A DNA stretch of 62,907 nt, filler included, from Chiloscyllium plagiosum (taxonomy: Eukaryota): assembly GCF_004010195.1 (NCBI RefSeq). It is 4 parts of one record of this genome, joined end to end, with 100 filler letters (N's around TTAATTAATTAA, not from the genome) between each part and the next. Parts side by side here need not be neighbours in the genome. Positions count along the whole stretch, not along the records: positions 1 to 16,977 come from NC_057713.1; 3 more parts are not named here. One strand, written 5' to 3'. The notes under the pieces are model-generated. The model did no database searches, had not been told where the DNA came from, and saw only the letters and a list, made by a program, of their open reading frames with translations. Made by a program: the position numbers and the translations under genes. The stretch's first letter is position 1. Each line of letters opens with the position of its first letter. Below are positions 1 through 11,829 of this stretch, in pieces.

Positions 1-255
1 AAGCGGGAATCCTGGAGGAGGTGGAGGGCGTGGGTGGTGTCACGGACGTAGGTGGGGGGTTCTTGGACTAATGGGGACAGGACCGTGTCGAGGTATGCCG
101 AGATGAGTTCGGTTGGGCAGGAGCAGGCTGAGACGATGGGTCGTCCGGGGCAGTCAGGTTTGTGGATTTTGGGCAGGAGGTAGAAACGGGCGGTTCGGGG
201 TTGTGGGACTATGAGGTTGGAGGCGGTGGATGGGAGGTCCCCTGGGGTGATGAGT
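1..255 (-). mobile_element. Penelope-like element, N-terminal reverse transcriptase fragment
   Basis: Minus strand reads [54 protein letters not shown], containing the LPKIHK..RPIVS signature of Penelope RTs. Confidence 0.85.
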
Positions 256-602
256 TTTTTCATCCCCCCTCCCCCCACCTTGTCTCAGCCGGATCCTTCC
301 CGCCCGGCACCGCCTTCCTGACCTGCTGTCTTCTTCTTGACCTCTCCGCCTCCGTCCTACTCTGACCTATCACCCTCACCTTGACCTCTTTCCACCTATC
401 ACATTTCCAACTCCCCTCCTCCAAGTCCCTCCTCCCTACCTTTTATCTTCTCCTGCTGAACACTCTCTGCTCATTCCTGAAGAAGGGCCTGTGCCCGAAA
501 CGTCGAATCTCCTGTTCCCTGGATGCTGCCTGACCTGCTGTGCTGTTCCAGCAATAAAGTTTCAACTTTGATCTCCAGCATCTGCAGACCTCACTTTCTC
601 CT
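256..602 (+). mobile_element. Penelope terminal repeat (pLTR), inverted relative to the RT fragment
   Basis: Pyrimidine-rich tract, then a hammerhead motif, then the tail GATGCTGCCTGACCTGCTG...CCAGCATCTGCAGACCTCACTTTCTCC that recurs many times in the window. Confidence 0.75.
473..508 (+). ncRNA. Minimal type I hammerhead ribozyme
   Basis: ATTC-CTGAAGA-A-GGGC ctgt GCCC-GAAAC-GTC-GAAT: core boxes CUGANGA and GAAA, stem I ATTC/GAAT, stem II GGGC/GCCC, GUC cleavage triplet, palindromic ACGT stem III. Confidence 0.8.
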
Positions 603-755
603 TTATGAGTGGGAAGTCATGTCTCACAAACTTATTGAGTTTTTTGAAGAAGTAACAAAGAAGATTGATGAGGGTAGAGCACTGGACATGATCGAGATGG
701 ACTTCAGTAAGGTTTTCATCAAAATTCCCCATGGGAGACTGGTGAGCAAGGTTAG
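603..755 (+). mobile_element. CR1 LINE RT fragment (left part of a + strand copy)
   Basis: LIEFFEEVTKKIDEGRALDMIEMDFSKVFIKIPHGRLVSKVR, matching the CR1 DFSKAFD motif. Confidence 0.85.
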
Positions 756-1763
756 ATAGAGTCATAGAGATGTACAGCATGGAAACAGACCCTTCGGTCC
801 AACCCATCCATGCCGACCAGATATCCCAACCCAATCTAGTCCCACCTGCCAGCATCCGGCCCATATCCCTCCAAACTTTCTTATTCATATACCCATCCAA
901 GTGCCTCTTAAATGTTGCAATCGTACCAGCCTCCACCACTTCCTCTGGCAACTCATTCCATACACCTACCACCCTCTATGAAAACGTTGCCTCGTAGGTC
1001 TTTTTTATATCTTTCCCCTCTCACCCTATTTTCCTATTTGCCTATTTACCCTATCCATGCTCCTCATAATTTTGTAAACCTCTATAAGGTCACCCCTCAG
1101 CCTCTGACGGTCCAGGGAAAACAGCCCCAGCCTGTTCAGCCTCTCCCTATAGCTCAAATCCTCCAACCCTGGCAACATCACTGTAAATCTTTTCTAAACC
1201 CTTTCAAGTTTCACAACATCTTTCTGATAGGAAGGAGACCAGAATTGCATGCTGTATTCCAACAGTGGCCTCACCAATGTCATGTACAGCCGCAACGTAA
1301 CCTCCCAACTCCTGTGCTCAATACTCTGATCGATAAAGGAAAGCATACCAAACGCCTTCTTCGCTATCCTATCTACCTGCGACTCCACTTTCAAGGAGCT
1401 ATGAACCTGTACTCCAAGGTCTCTTTGTTCAGCAACACTCCCTAGGACCTTACCATTAAGTGTATAAGTCCTGCTAAGATTTGCTTTCCCAAAATGCAGT
1501 ACCTCGTATTTATCTGAATTAAACTCCATCTGCCACTTCTCAGCCCATTGGCCCATCTGATCAAGATCCCGTTTTAATTGGAGTTCACCCTCTTCGCTGT
1601 CCACGACACCTCCAATTTTGGTGTCATCTGCAAACTTACTTACTGTACCTCTTATGCTCGCATCCAAATCATTTATGTAAATGACAAAAAGTAGAGGACC
1701 CAGCACTGATCCTTGTGGCACTCCACTGGTCACAGGCTTCCAGTCTGAAAAACAACCCTCCAC
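756..1763 (-). mobile_element. 5'-truncated CR1 (HER1-type) LINE with its 3' tail
   Basis: ORF 1194-1763 has [14 protein letters not shown] and KFADDTK; C-terminus WNELPEEVVEAG; (CTCTATGA)-type tail at about 756-770. Confidence 0.92.
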
Positions 1764-1980
1764 TGGCTCAAAGGTAGAAGACAGAGGGTGGTGGTGGAGG
1801 GTTGCTTTTCAGACTGGAGGCCTGTGACCAGTAGAGTGCCACATGGATTGGTGCTGGGTCCACTACTTTTCGTCATTTATATAAATGATTTGGAAGTGAA
1901 CATAGGAGGTATAGTTGGTAAGTTTGCAGATGACGCCAAAATTGAAGGTGTAGTGGACAACGAAGGTTACCTCAGATTAA
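1764..1980 (+). mobile_element. CR1 LINE RT fragment (right part of the + strand copy)
   Basis: [35 protein letters not shown]. Confidence 0.88.
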
Positions 1981-2578
1981 TCAAATATTGATTACTGCCT
2001 TGAGTCCTTGAGTCTGCTGCTTTCTTCCTTTTCAGAAGTAACTCTTTTGTTCCTTGTTACATTTAGCCTTAGTTGTCTATTTGAAGACCACCTGTCTTGA
2101 AATTAACTCCTTAAATTCTTTGCACTTTAATCATGTGTCCATGTGGCATAAGACAACCATTTACAAGCAGAAGTTAAAACAGTTTTGTTCAGGTAGCTTT
2201 GGTTTCTTCTTCCCCCAGACATGTGTAATTATTTTAAATTTCTGTATAAGTTTGTTCTTGACCCTTAATAGTTATTCAGACAGTTATTGCTGCTTCTTTC
2301 AACCTATGAACAGTTTATAAAGTTGTGAAGTTTACACTGTAACACTGCACATGGACTGCAGTAGTTCAAGAAGGCAGCTCTCAAGGGCAACTAGTGAGAA
2401 ATTATAAATGCTGGCCAGCCAGCAATGCTGATGTCCCATAAGTGAATTAAAAGAAGTATAATTCTAACTCAAGATGGTGAGTCACTTGGCATAGAATTTG
2501 CGGGCAGTGGTGTTGCGAGGTACCTGCTGCCCTTGTTCTTCTCGATGGTCATGGTTGTGGGTTTGGAAGCAGGAGAAT

Positions 2579-2702
2579 TGATGAAGATCTTACGCTCGAA
2601 ACATCGACTCTTCTCTCCTTGGATGCTGCCTGACTCGCCATGCTATTCTAGCACCACACTTTTTGACTCTGATCTCCAGCATTTGCAGTCCTCACAATCT
2701 CC
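2579..2702 (+). mobile_element. Decayed Penelope terminus with degenerate hammerhead
   Basis: TTGATGAAG..GAAACATC followed by the same tail as 510-602. Confidence 0.6.
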
Positions 2703-3074
2703 TTGTTTGGAAGATTTTGTCTGAGGAACCTTGGTGAATTTCTGCAGGGTATATTGTGGATGGTACACACTGCAGTGGGTGAGCATCCTTGACAGAATGA
2801 ATATGGATGCGGTACCTTTCAAGTATGCTATTTTGTCTTGGATGATGTCAAACATCTTAAGTATTTTTGGAGTTGTCCTCATCCATGCAGGTGGGGAGTA
2901 TTCCATTACACTCTTGACATGTGTTTTGTGATGGTGGTCAGGCTTTAGGGAGTCAAGAGATGGGTTATTCAGAGCAGAAATCCTAGCTTCTAACTTGTTT
3001 TAGTTGCCATTGCATCAATGTGATTAGTCCAGTTCAGTTCCTGGTCAATGTTGATAATGAAGGATACATTGACG

Positions 3075-3480
3075 ATAAGAACATATAAGCAAAAGATAAC
3101 CATTTAGCTACTCAAGCCTACCCGGCCTTTCAATAAGATCATGGCTGATCTGCCCCAGGCCTCAACTTCACATTTGTGCCAACTTGTCATTGGCATCAAT
3201 TCCCCAATATTTAAAAAATCTACTTCCCTTCACTTAAATACTTTCAGTGATTGAGCCTCCACAACTCTCCGGGCTAGAGAATTCTAAACATTCATGTCAT
3301 CGGAGAACAAATTCCTTTGCATCTCTTATTCTTGAAAAAGAGGTCCTTAGATCAAGATTGCCGCATAAAGTCTGTCAAGGCCGCTCAGAATTTGGCACAT
3401 TGCAATAAGATCATTCCCGCCATTCCTCTAAACTCTAGCGAATCAAGTCCTAACCTGTTTACCTGATTTTGGTAAGTCAC
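3075..3480 (-). mobile_element. Old CR1-type LINE 3' end
   Basis: AATAAGATCATGGCTGATCTG and CTCCACAACTCTC..AGAGAATTC motifs shared with other CR1 3' ends here (33430, 46945). Confidence 0.55.
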
Positions 3481-3499
3481 CAAGTATCACCAAAAGCAG

Positions 3500-3860
3500 C
3501 AGGTATTTTCAGTCTTTGTCCTTCTTTACTCTTTCTTTATTCTTTCTCAGTCCTGAATTGCTAGTCAGCTTCTTAAATGCTCTCCCTTTCTCCTCCCTCT
3601 CTCCCTCAAGTGAAGGTTTTGCTTAAACATGTCCTTTTCAATTTCAAGATACTTTAACCCTAATTGAATTTTTGCTAACTCAAGTGACTCACCATACTGT
3701 GGACTTCGTCCCTCCTGTATTTCCTCCAATCCCAGAAACTGTGCCAATTTTTCAATTCCCTCTGCATTAGCTTTGGCAGGCAACTCCACCTCTAATGTTA
3801 TTGCCAATCTTATCATTTTCCTCACTGACCCATTCTTTGAATCTGCCAGGGCCACTCAGT
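3500..3860 (-). mobile_element. Possible decayed gag N-terminus of a Gypsy-type LTR element
   Basis: ORF 3565-3855 ..LAITLEVELPAKA..LAQFLGL..SLELAKIQL.. followed by an E/R/K-rich coiled coil; recalled resemblance only. Confidence 0.35.
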
Positions 3861-4989
3861 TGCTGACCTTATCACTGCCTTGATTAAAAAAAAAGATGAA
3901 AGAGCAGAATTCCAGAAGTGAAATAAGAGCAACTGTCCTTGACATTAAGGCTGCATTTGACCATTTGGCATTTGGGAGCAACAGCAAAATTGGAGTCCAT
4001 GGGAGTCAGGGAAAACTTTCTATGAGGTGGAGTCAGACTCAGCAGAATGGAAGATGGCTATCATTGTTTGAGGTCAGTCATCTCAACTCAAGGACATCTC
4101 TGCAGGGGTCTGTCCTCAGTTTTGGTTCATTTTTAATAACAGAACATAGGTATTCCACAAAGCATTTGTTCAGAAGAATTGAGGACATCTGTTCTTAGTG
4201 TCACTGCATTGGTGTAAGAAAGGTGATAACATTTGTTCACTTGTGGAATGTGTGGAAATACTTCCTACTCACCCCGGGGGCTGGAGGCGTGGGATGTTGG
4301 ATACCCAGAAGTTCTGGTTTTATCGAAGACTCTAAACAAAACTCATACTCAATAGGAGAAAAGGACGGAAGTTGGTGGAAAGATTAACTCTTTGTGGTCT
4401 GATTTGAGTGAACACTGGCTTACCATGGATTGAATGTGTGTTGATCCAGGAGCTCGAGATCCAGGAAGGTTATGAATTTAATTTGCATTCTGGGAATCTG
4501 AGATGATTTTAAAAGAAAAAGCCATTTTGTAGGACAATGATACTGGACATGTTAGCTGAGCAAGACTACCTCATGACCTTTTCCACATAGTTTAGACTAG
4601 TCCCTCGTTATGATGTACTGTTAAAAGGGAATGTTATCTCGCCAAAGCAATCGGCCATTTGGGCCTGGCTGGATCAAGGTTTCCCATTTGATGTGCATGT
4701 AGCTTAATCAGTCAAGTGTACACAGACCGGTCAATGAGTTTCTCTTCCTCTGCAAACTTTTTCCATTTGATTGCTGCTTGTCTGCTTAGGGGTAAGAGCT
4801 GGTGCTGCTACTCTGCTAATGGTTCTAGAACCTTCATTCAAGCTTGGCTTGCAGGTATCTATAGTGTAACATTGATGCCATTGGTAAATACAAGTAATAA
4901 TTTAAACTAAACTGTCTCGAAGAGTTTTATATTCCAGACTACTACAGAGTAAAATCTCCGGGATGAACCAAGAGAGGCTTACAGGTCAA

Positions 4990-5958
4990 GTCCATCATGG
5001 ATTCCCTGAGCCGTCTCGAATTAGTATTTCAACATACCTGTCAAAATGTTTCTTAAATAATGAAATCTTAGTTGACTGGCAGCCCGTTCCAGATGCCTAC
5101 ACCCTCTGTTTGAAAACATTGCCCCTCTGGACCCTTTTGTATCTCTCACCTCTCACCTTTCAAGTTTTAGACTCCCATTCCAAAAGGGAAAAGCTGTTGG
5201 ATATCTACTTTTTCTATGCCTCTCATAATTTTATCAATCTCTTGAAGGTCACCTGTCAGTCTTCCACGCTCCAGGGAAAAAGTCCCAACCTTATAATCCT
5301 GGTAGATTCTGAGAAAATTGTTTCTACACTCCTTCTAGTTTAATAATATCCTTTCTATAGTAGGGCAAGCAGACCTGCTTGCAGTATTCCAAGTGTGGCC
5401 TCACCAACGTCTTGCATAGCTGCAAAAAGACATTCGAACTCCTATATTGCTCTGATCAATGAAAGCAAGCATGCTGAAAGCCTTCTTTGCCACCCTGTCT
5501 TTCAAGGACCTATTAACCTGCACCCCGAGATCTCGTTGATCAATGACATTCTCCACAGTCCTATCAGTTCTTCCCTAGTTTGACTTAACAAAATGTCACA
5601 CCTCAAATTCAGCTAAATTAAACTCCATCTGCCATTCCTCAGCTTCCTGGCCCAGTTGATCAAGATCTTGCTGTAATCCCAGAAAACGTTCTTCACTGTC
5701 TGTTGTACTACAATCTTGGGAGTCATCTGCAAACTTTCTAACCATACTTCCTAAATTCTCATCCAAATCATTTATATAAATGATGAATAACAGTGGACCC
5801 AGCACCGATCACCATGGCATACCGCTGGTCACAGGCTTCTAGTCTGAAAAATAACCCCCAACCACCACGCTCTGTCCTCTACAGTCAAGCCAATTTTGTA
5901 TTCACTTGGCTAGCTGTCCCTGGATCCCATGAGATTTAACCTTACTCCACAACCCACT
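4990..5958 (-). mobile_element. Decayed CR1 LINE, 3' part
   Basis: ORF 5596-5805 LGPLLFIIYINDLDE..KFADD..WQMEFN. Confidence 0.85.
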
Positions 5959-6734
5959 TTACAACACGGAGGCGAACACTTCTGCTAATTGAACCAAACA
6001 CCCAGAAAAGCTCACCTCACACCGTAATCTGTTACAATGAGTGACAGAGAACTTCCAAATTCCACTATTTGAAGAAAATAATATCAAGTTATTCCTGAAC
6101 TCTAAAGATGAACAGTAAACAACAACTATTTACAACTCTAAGACCACTTGCTCTTAACTGCTTATTGTCTGCCTCCAACTCTCGAGCAATATACTATTCC
6201 AATAAAAACCACATTAAAATTACATTAACATAATTCAAAACCATACAGTGGCTGTCATCTCCAGTGTCTGTCTTCTTTCAGCTGAAGATCTCCCTGGTTG
6301 CCTTCTTTCTTTTACTGCGAAGATGTTTCATATAAGGTACCTTTCATAGAGAGTGTTTTTGAATGGCAGTCTTTCTCAATGGCAGTTACTCTCTCAATGG
6401 CAGTTGCTCTTTCTGACTTTCAAAATGCCTGTTCTTTTTTATGTCCCCGACATCAGATCATCTCATTGGTTCTTTGCTGGCAAAAACAATAAATTCAAAC
6501 TCGATTGGGTTTTAGTATCCTGGGGCATGATTTAAACTGATTGCTGTTTTGACAACAATTCGAAATTAACCACCCAACTCACGTATGTATTTCACAGCTA
6601 AATGTTGCATATTTTCAATTTTCCAGTATTGTCTGAGACTGCTAGCTAGTCAACGCAGGTGCTTGTCAGCTCTCAGTTCAGAACAGCATTCACTCTTCCT
6701 TAAAGGTACAGTACACGCCTTCCACTTCATAACA
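5959..6734. mobile_element. Probable solo LTR splitting a CR1 copy
   Basis: About 775 bp non-coding insert between collinear CR1 halves; ends ..CATAACA and starts TACAACAC (possibly decayed TGTAACAC). No clear TSD. Confidence 0.45.
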
Positions 6735-7335
6735 CGACCGTGCGGTCCCTTGTTCAATGCCTTGCTAAAGCCTATGTCGACAACTTCGATCACATTGCCC
6801 TCATCAACTTTCTTTGGTCACCTCTTCAAAAACTGAATCAAATTTGTGAGATACAATTTCCCACAAACAAAGCTATGCCGACTATCCCAAATGAGTCCTT
6901 GTCTCTCCAAATGCCTGTCGATCCTGTCTCTCAGAATTCCCTCGAACAACGTACCCACCACTGATGTTAGGCTCACTAATCTGTACTTCCCAGGCATTTC
7001 CCTGCAGCTTTTCTTCAACAGTGGCCACCCTCCAATCTTCAGACACATCACTCGTCCTGGGATACACTTGATCAGTTCCCAGGGATTTATCTACCTTAAT
7101 GTGTTTAAAAACTTCTAGCAACTCCTCTTCTGTAATGTGGACTCTTTTCAAGACCTCACTATTTATTCCCCCAAGTTTCTCGCATCCATATCTTTCTTGA
7201 CGATAAACACTGATGAAAAATATTCGTTTGGAGTCTCGCCCATCTCTTGTGGCTCCACACATAAATGACCTGGTTGATCTTTCAGAGACCTTATTCTCTC
7301 CCCAGTGACTCTTTTGCTCTTCATGTATTTATCAA
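6735..7335 (-). mobile_element. Decayed CR1 LINE, continuation of 4990-5958
   Basis: PGKYRLVSLTSVVG..RHSFVCGKLYLTNLIQF, the CR1 RT N-terminal region. Confidence 0.85.
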
Positions 7336-7439
7336 GGATAAGTTTCTCCAGCAATTTCTGTTTTTGTTTCAGGAAAGTGAAATTGAGGTACAAGAACAGC
7401 CATGATCTCACTTGGCATGATCTTAAATGGCAAGGCTTG

Positions 7440-7835
7440 CTCAAAAGGCCGACGAGGGGACGAATTACCTCACAAGTCCCTTTTTCATTGTTATTCTGTG
7501 AACCTGGCTTTTAACACTGCACCAACTGCATTCTGGCCCGAGGACAAAATTACGCATGCGCGTGCCTGGAACAATAAAGTTTGGTTTTGTTGGTTTGTTG
7601 TTCTGTTTGTGTGAGAGCGCGAGAGCTGAGCGATGGCGGCGGCAGTTGGAGCGTCTCGTAAGAAAGACGGAGGCCCGAACATCAGATTTCTGGAGGCTTC
7701 GGAAACCGTCGCGCAGTTCGACGGCCTGAGGTTGTGGCTGGGCAAAAACTACAAGAAAGTGAGTGTTCGAGGACGCGAGCCGGAGAGACTGAACCGTCTT
7801 CACCTGGTGTCTCAGCTGCAAATGGCGGCTGAGGC
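7440..7835 (+). promoter_or_regulatory. CpG-rich promoter / exon 1 region of the SMARCC2-like gene
   Basis: Local CpG excess in a CpG-poor window; NRF1-like TACGCATGCGCG (7551-7562); YY1-like GATGGCGGC over the ATG and CAAATGGCGGC (7819-7829); no TATA box seen. Confidence 0.65.
7633..7758 (+). CDS. SMARCC2: First coding exon of a SWI/SNF core subunit, SMARCC2/BAF170-like (SMARCC1 not excluded)
   Basis: MAAAVGASRKKDGGPNIRFLEASETVAQFDGLRLWLGKNYKK closely resembles the recalled SMARCC2 N-terminus (RKKDGGPN..QFD.VRLWLGKNYKK); 126 nt, followed by a phase-0 donor GTGAGT at 7759. Confidence 0.88.
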
Positions 7836-8458
7836 CTTCTGCTTTTGAAGGGTCAATTATTGTGCAGTGTGAGGCGTTAGAGAGACACTGAGGAGGATTT
7901 CTCCCATTTTTGGTTTATTAAATGTCTCAAAGATCGTTTCTAAAATTTCCCTGCGGGAGGGCACCATCTCGTAAAGCTGTGGTCCAAAGAGCTTTTGGTT
8001 GCTTTGTGTTGAGGAGGAGGTTGGGGCCGGTGATGCTCCATTCAAGGCGGGGGAATGAACCTCCTACAAACATATTTGTAATTTCTGAGAGGGCGAGATT
8101 TTCTTCATAGAGGGAAAATCCTTTTTTTCCTAAGTTGCAGATCATCAGGGAGTTCAATTTTATTGTCTTACTACGTGTTTATATTGTCTAATCACTTGTA
8201 AAAGTTCACACATAAAGATAGATTCTCAAAGTTGGAGTGAACTCTGGTTCAGAGAACTGTGGGAAGTTGGCTTCTCCAGTCACTTTTTGCTAACTTGATG
8301 TTGAAAGTTATTTGTTGTATTCAGTCCGAGAGAAGTTCGCAACAGAAAGAAAGAACTGATCGATCTGTTCAACCAGCATCAGACAGTGAACAGTGCCGTT
8401 TGTAAAGCGGAAACAGATGGTTACATGCTCCTTGATTGGATAACTGTAGGTGGAGTTC

Positions 8459-8606
8459 GAGAGTGTGGTACTGGAAAAATACAGCAGGTCAGGCAGCATC
8501 CGAGGAGCAGGAGAATCAACGTTTCAGGCATTAGCCCTTCAGTAGGATTCCTGAAGGGATTGTGCCTGAAACGTCTATTCAGCATCTGCAGTCCTCGCTT
8601 TCTTCG
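8459..8606. mobile_element. Fold-back Penelope-terminus mini-element with two opposed degenerate hammerheads
   Basis: ACGTTTCAGGCATTAGCCCTTCAG is inverted relative to CTGAAGGGATTGTGCCTGAAACGT; ends in the CAGCATCTGCAGTCCTC tail. Confidence 0.7.
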
Positions 8607-9879
8607 AACTGTAGGTGGAGCAATAGATCAATACCTTTGTGTGATATTTGTGTTTCCTGTTCTGGTTTAGTTTAATGAAGCGTATATAGGAAATATGAAG
8701 TATTATCAACAGGTATTTGGGATTAAATGACAATGCTTTGAATGCAGTATTTTGGGGATTTTTGTTTTACTTTTTGATTATTGTTAGTGTTTGCAAATTT
8801 AGATGTGAAAGCAGTGAGTGGTCAAGTTTTTTCCCCTTGTGGAGAAATCTTAGCTGAAAGAGATTACTGACCAAATCAAATCCAGTTGTGTTTTTGTTTG
8901 GAATAATTACAAGATTCAATGTAAGGTAATTAACCAAAATTAAAAAGTTTCACTTTTGCAGTGTTTGCAAAATATTTTGAAATGCGTGGAGATTATCATT
9001 GACATGACGGTGGAAGTTTACCTGGCTGGACAAAATAAATTAGTTCAATTTTTAAAATAAAAAATTCTGAAAATTTGGCACTTTACACTTGGATAAAGGC
9101 TTACCCACTTGTCTATCACATTTAGCAACTGGTATAAAGCATAAAGCACAGTTAATTGTTGCTTGACTTGACTGAGAGACTACTGGTTTTACCACGCACG
9201 TTTGATCACATTGTAGTCATAGCGATTATGGCACATGCTGCTGTACTACCTATTTTTGGGTGAGTTGTGGAATAGTTAATGGAAGTCACATCTTTTGCTA
9301 TGTCACAAGTTCATAGCAAACAATAAGGAGCTCTGCTGTGCCTCTTGACAATAAAAATTAAATTTGAGTGTTGGCTTTGACTGTAATTTTTGGTTGTGTT
9401 CAACATAATAGCCAAATACTATGATAAAAGTTCAAAATGGTGTTGGTGAATCTCAACTGCTCAGGAGTATCTGTGGCATGAGAAAGAGTTAACGTTTCAA
9501 GTTTAGTTAATTTTATGGAACACAGTTAAACAGGAGCATTGCCTTGGACTCTGTTCAAGCTGTTTTTCTCTACCTGAAATGCTACTTGAGCTCCTGAGTT
9601 TCTCCAGCACTTTGTCACATCCAGTATGCTGTCTTAACACTGCAGTGGCTGCTTCTGTCGTTTAGACAAAGGCATTGCAAGCTGACTTTCACGGAAAAAG
9701 AAATGCCGGTTTAATTGACGAATCTGGGCTTTTTCAGAAAAACTTACTTAAGTATTATGCTTACCTTGATGAAAATTGCATTTGGCAAACCACAAATTGG
9801 ACTCTGTGTGCATTTTTTTAAAAAGAAGCAATTTGAACATCCTGCAGCTGATCTGTGACAAATACTTTTAACTTTGCTG

Positions 9880-10062
9880 CATGGGTTTCCTCTGGGTGCT
9901 CCAATTTCCTCCCACAATCCAAAGATGTGCAGGTCAACTAAATTGCCCATAGTGTTAGTCAGGAGTAAATGGAGGGGAATGGCTTTGGATGGGTTGCTGT
10001 TCAGAGGGTCAGTGTGGAATTGTTGGGCCAGAGGACCTATTTCCATACTGTAAGGAATCTCA
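9880..10062 (+). mobile_element. Partial HE1/V-SINE-type SINE
   Basis: GGGTGCTCCAATTTCCTCCCACAATCCAAAGATGTGCAGG core shared with the full copies. Confidence 0.75.
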
Positions 10063-10285
10063 TCTGAAAATGAGGGCTGTGTGGCAATGCGCACGTTAAT
10101 TGAACAAATAATTCAGGTTCATAAACAGAAATAACTGGAGAAATTCAGCAAGTCTAATAGCATCTGAGGAGAGAAAGCAGAATTCATGTTTTGTGTTCAG
10201 TGACCCTCCTTCAGAACTGATGTAGCTAGGAAAGGTAGTATGCATGCTGGAAATGGAGGTAGAAAGGAGAGGAGATGCTGTTTTC

Positions 10286-11828
10286 TAGAACATAGAACAT
10301 AGAAGAATACAACGCAGTACAGGCCCTTTGGCCCTCGATGTTGTGCCGATCCAAGCCCACCTAACCTACACGAGCCCACTATCCTCCATATGCCTATCCA
10401 ATGCCCGTTTAAATGCCCATAATGAGGGAGAGTCCACCACTGCTACTGGCAGGGCATTCCATGAACTCACGACTCGCTGAGTAAAGAATCTACCCCTAAC
10501 ATCTGTCCTATACCTACCACCCTTAATTTAAAGCTATGCCCCCTTGTAATAGCTGACTCCATACGTGGAAAAAGATTCTCACGGTCAACCCTATCTAAAC
10601 CCCTAATCATCTTGTACACCTCGATCAAGTCACCCCTAAACCTTCTTTCTCCCATGAAAACAGTCCCAAGTGCCTCAGTCTTTCCTGATACGATCTTCCT
10701 ATCATACCAGGCAACATCCTGGTAAACCTCCTCTGCACCCGTTCCAGTGCCTCCACATCCTTCCTATAGTCTGGCGACCAAAACTGCACACGATACTCCA
10801 GATGTGGCCGCACCAGAGTCTTATACAACTGCAACATGACCTCAAGACTCCAGAACTCAATTCCTCTACCAATAAAAGCCAGTACGCCATATGCCATCTT
10901 CACTGCACTATTTACCTGGGTGGCAACTTTCAGAGATCTGTGTACATGGACACCAAGATTCCTCTGCTCATCCACACTACCAAGTATCCGACCATTAGCC
11001 CAATATCCCATCTTTTTGTTACTCTTACTAAAGTGAATCACCTCACACTTAGCTACATTGAACTCCATTTGCCACCTTTCTGCCCAGCTCTGCAGCTTAT
11101 CTATATCCTGCTGTAACCTGACCCATCCTTCCTCACTGTCAACAATTCCACCGACTTTCATATCATCCGCAAACTTGCTCACCCAACCTTCTAACCCCTC
11201 CTCCAGGTCATTTATAAAAATGACAAACAGCAATGGTCCAAAAACAGATCCTTGTGGAACACCGCAAGTAACTGCACTCCAAGATGAACCTTTGCCATCA
11301 ACTACTACCCTCTGTCTTCTTCCAGCCAGCCAATTCCAACCTCCAACTCACCCTCAATGCCACACCTCCGTATTTTTTGCAGTAGTCTACCATGGGAATC
11401 TTATCAAACGCCTTACTAAAATCCATATACACCACATCTACCGCTTTCCCCTCGTCTACCTCCTTAGTCACCTTCTCAAAGAATTCAATAAGGTTTGTGA
11501 GGCACGACCTGCCCTTCACAAAACCATGCTGACTATCCTTGATCACATTATTCCTATCCAGATGTTCATAAATCCTATCCCTTACAATTCTCTCTAAGAC
11601 TTTGCCCACAACAGAAGTGAGACTCACCGGCCTATAGTTACTAGGGTTATCCTTACTCCCCTTCTTGAACAAGGGAGCCGCATTTGCTATCCTCCAGTCT
11701 ACTGGCACTATTCCTGGAGACAACGAGGACATAAAAATCAAGGCCAATGGCTCTGCAATCTCCTCCCTTGCTTCCCAGAGAATCCGAGGATAAATGCCAT
11801 CAGGCCCAGGGGACTTATCTATTTTCAG
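10286..11828 (-). mobile_element. Relatively young 5'-truncated CR1 LINE
   Basis: ORFs 11298-11747 (NYRPVSLTSVVGK, QHGFVKGRSCLTNL, DFSKAFDK) and 10625-11233 (KFADD, VRPHLEY); (TTCTATG)n tail at 10286-10302. Confidence 0.93.
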
Positions 11829-11829
11829 T

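Noticed and set aside
7759..7848. Extension of the SMARCC ORF to 71 aa
   Set aside because: Similarity ends at KK, where a canonical GTGAGT donor starts the intron.
8050..8075. EPPTN peptide resembling SMARCC exon 2
   Set aside because: Flanking residues do not match and there is no acceptor site; a chance 5-residue match.
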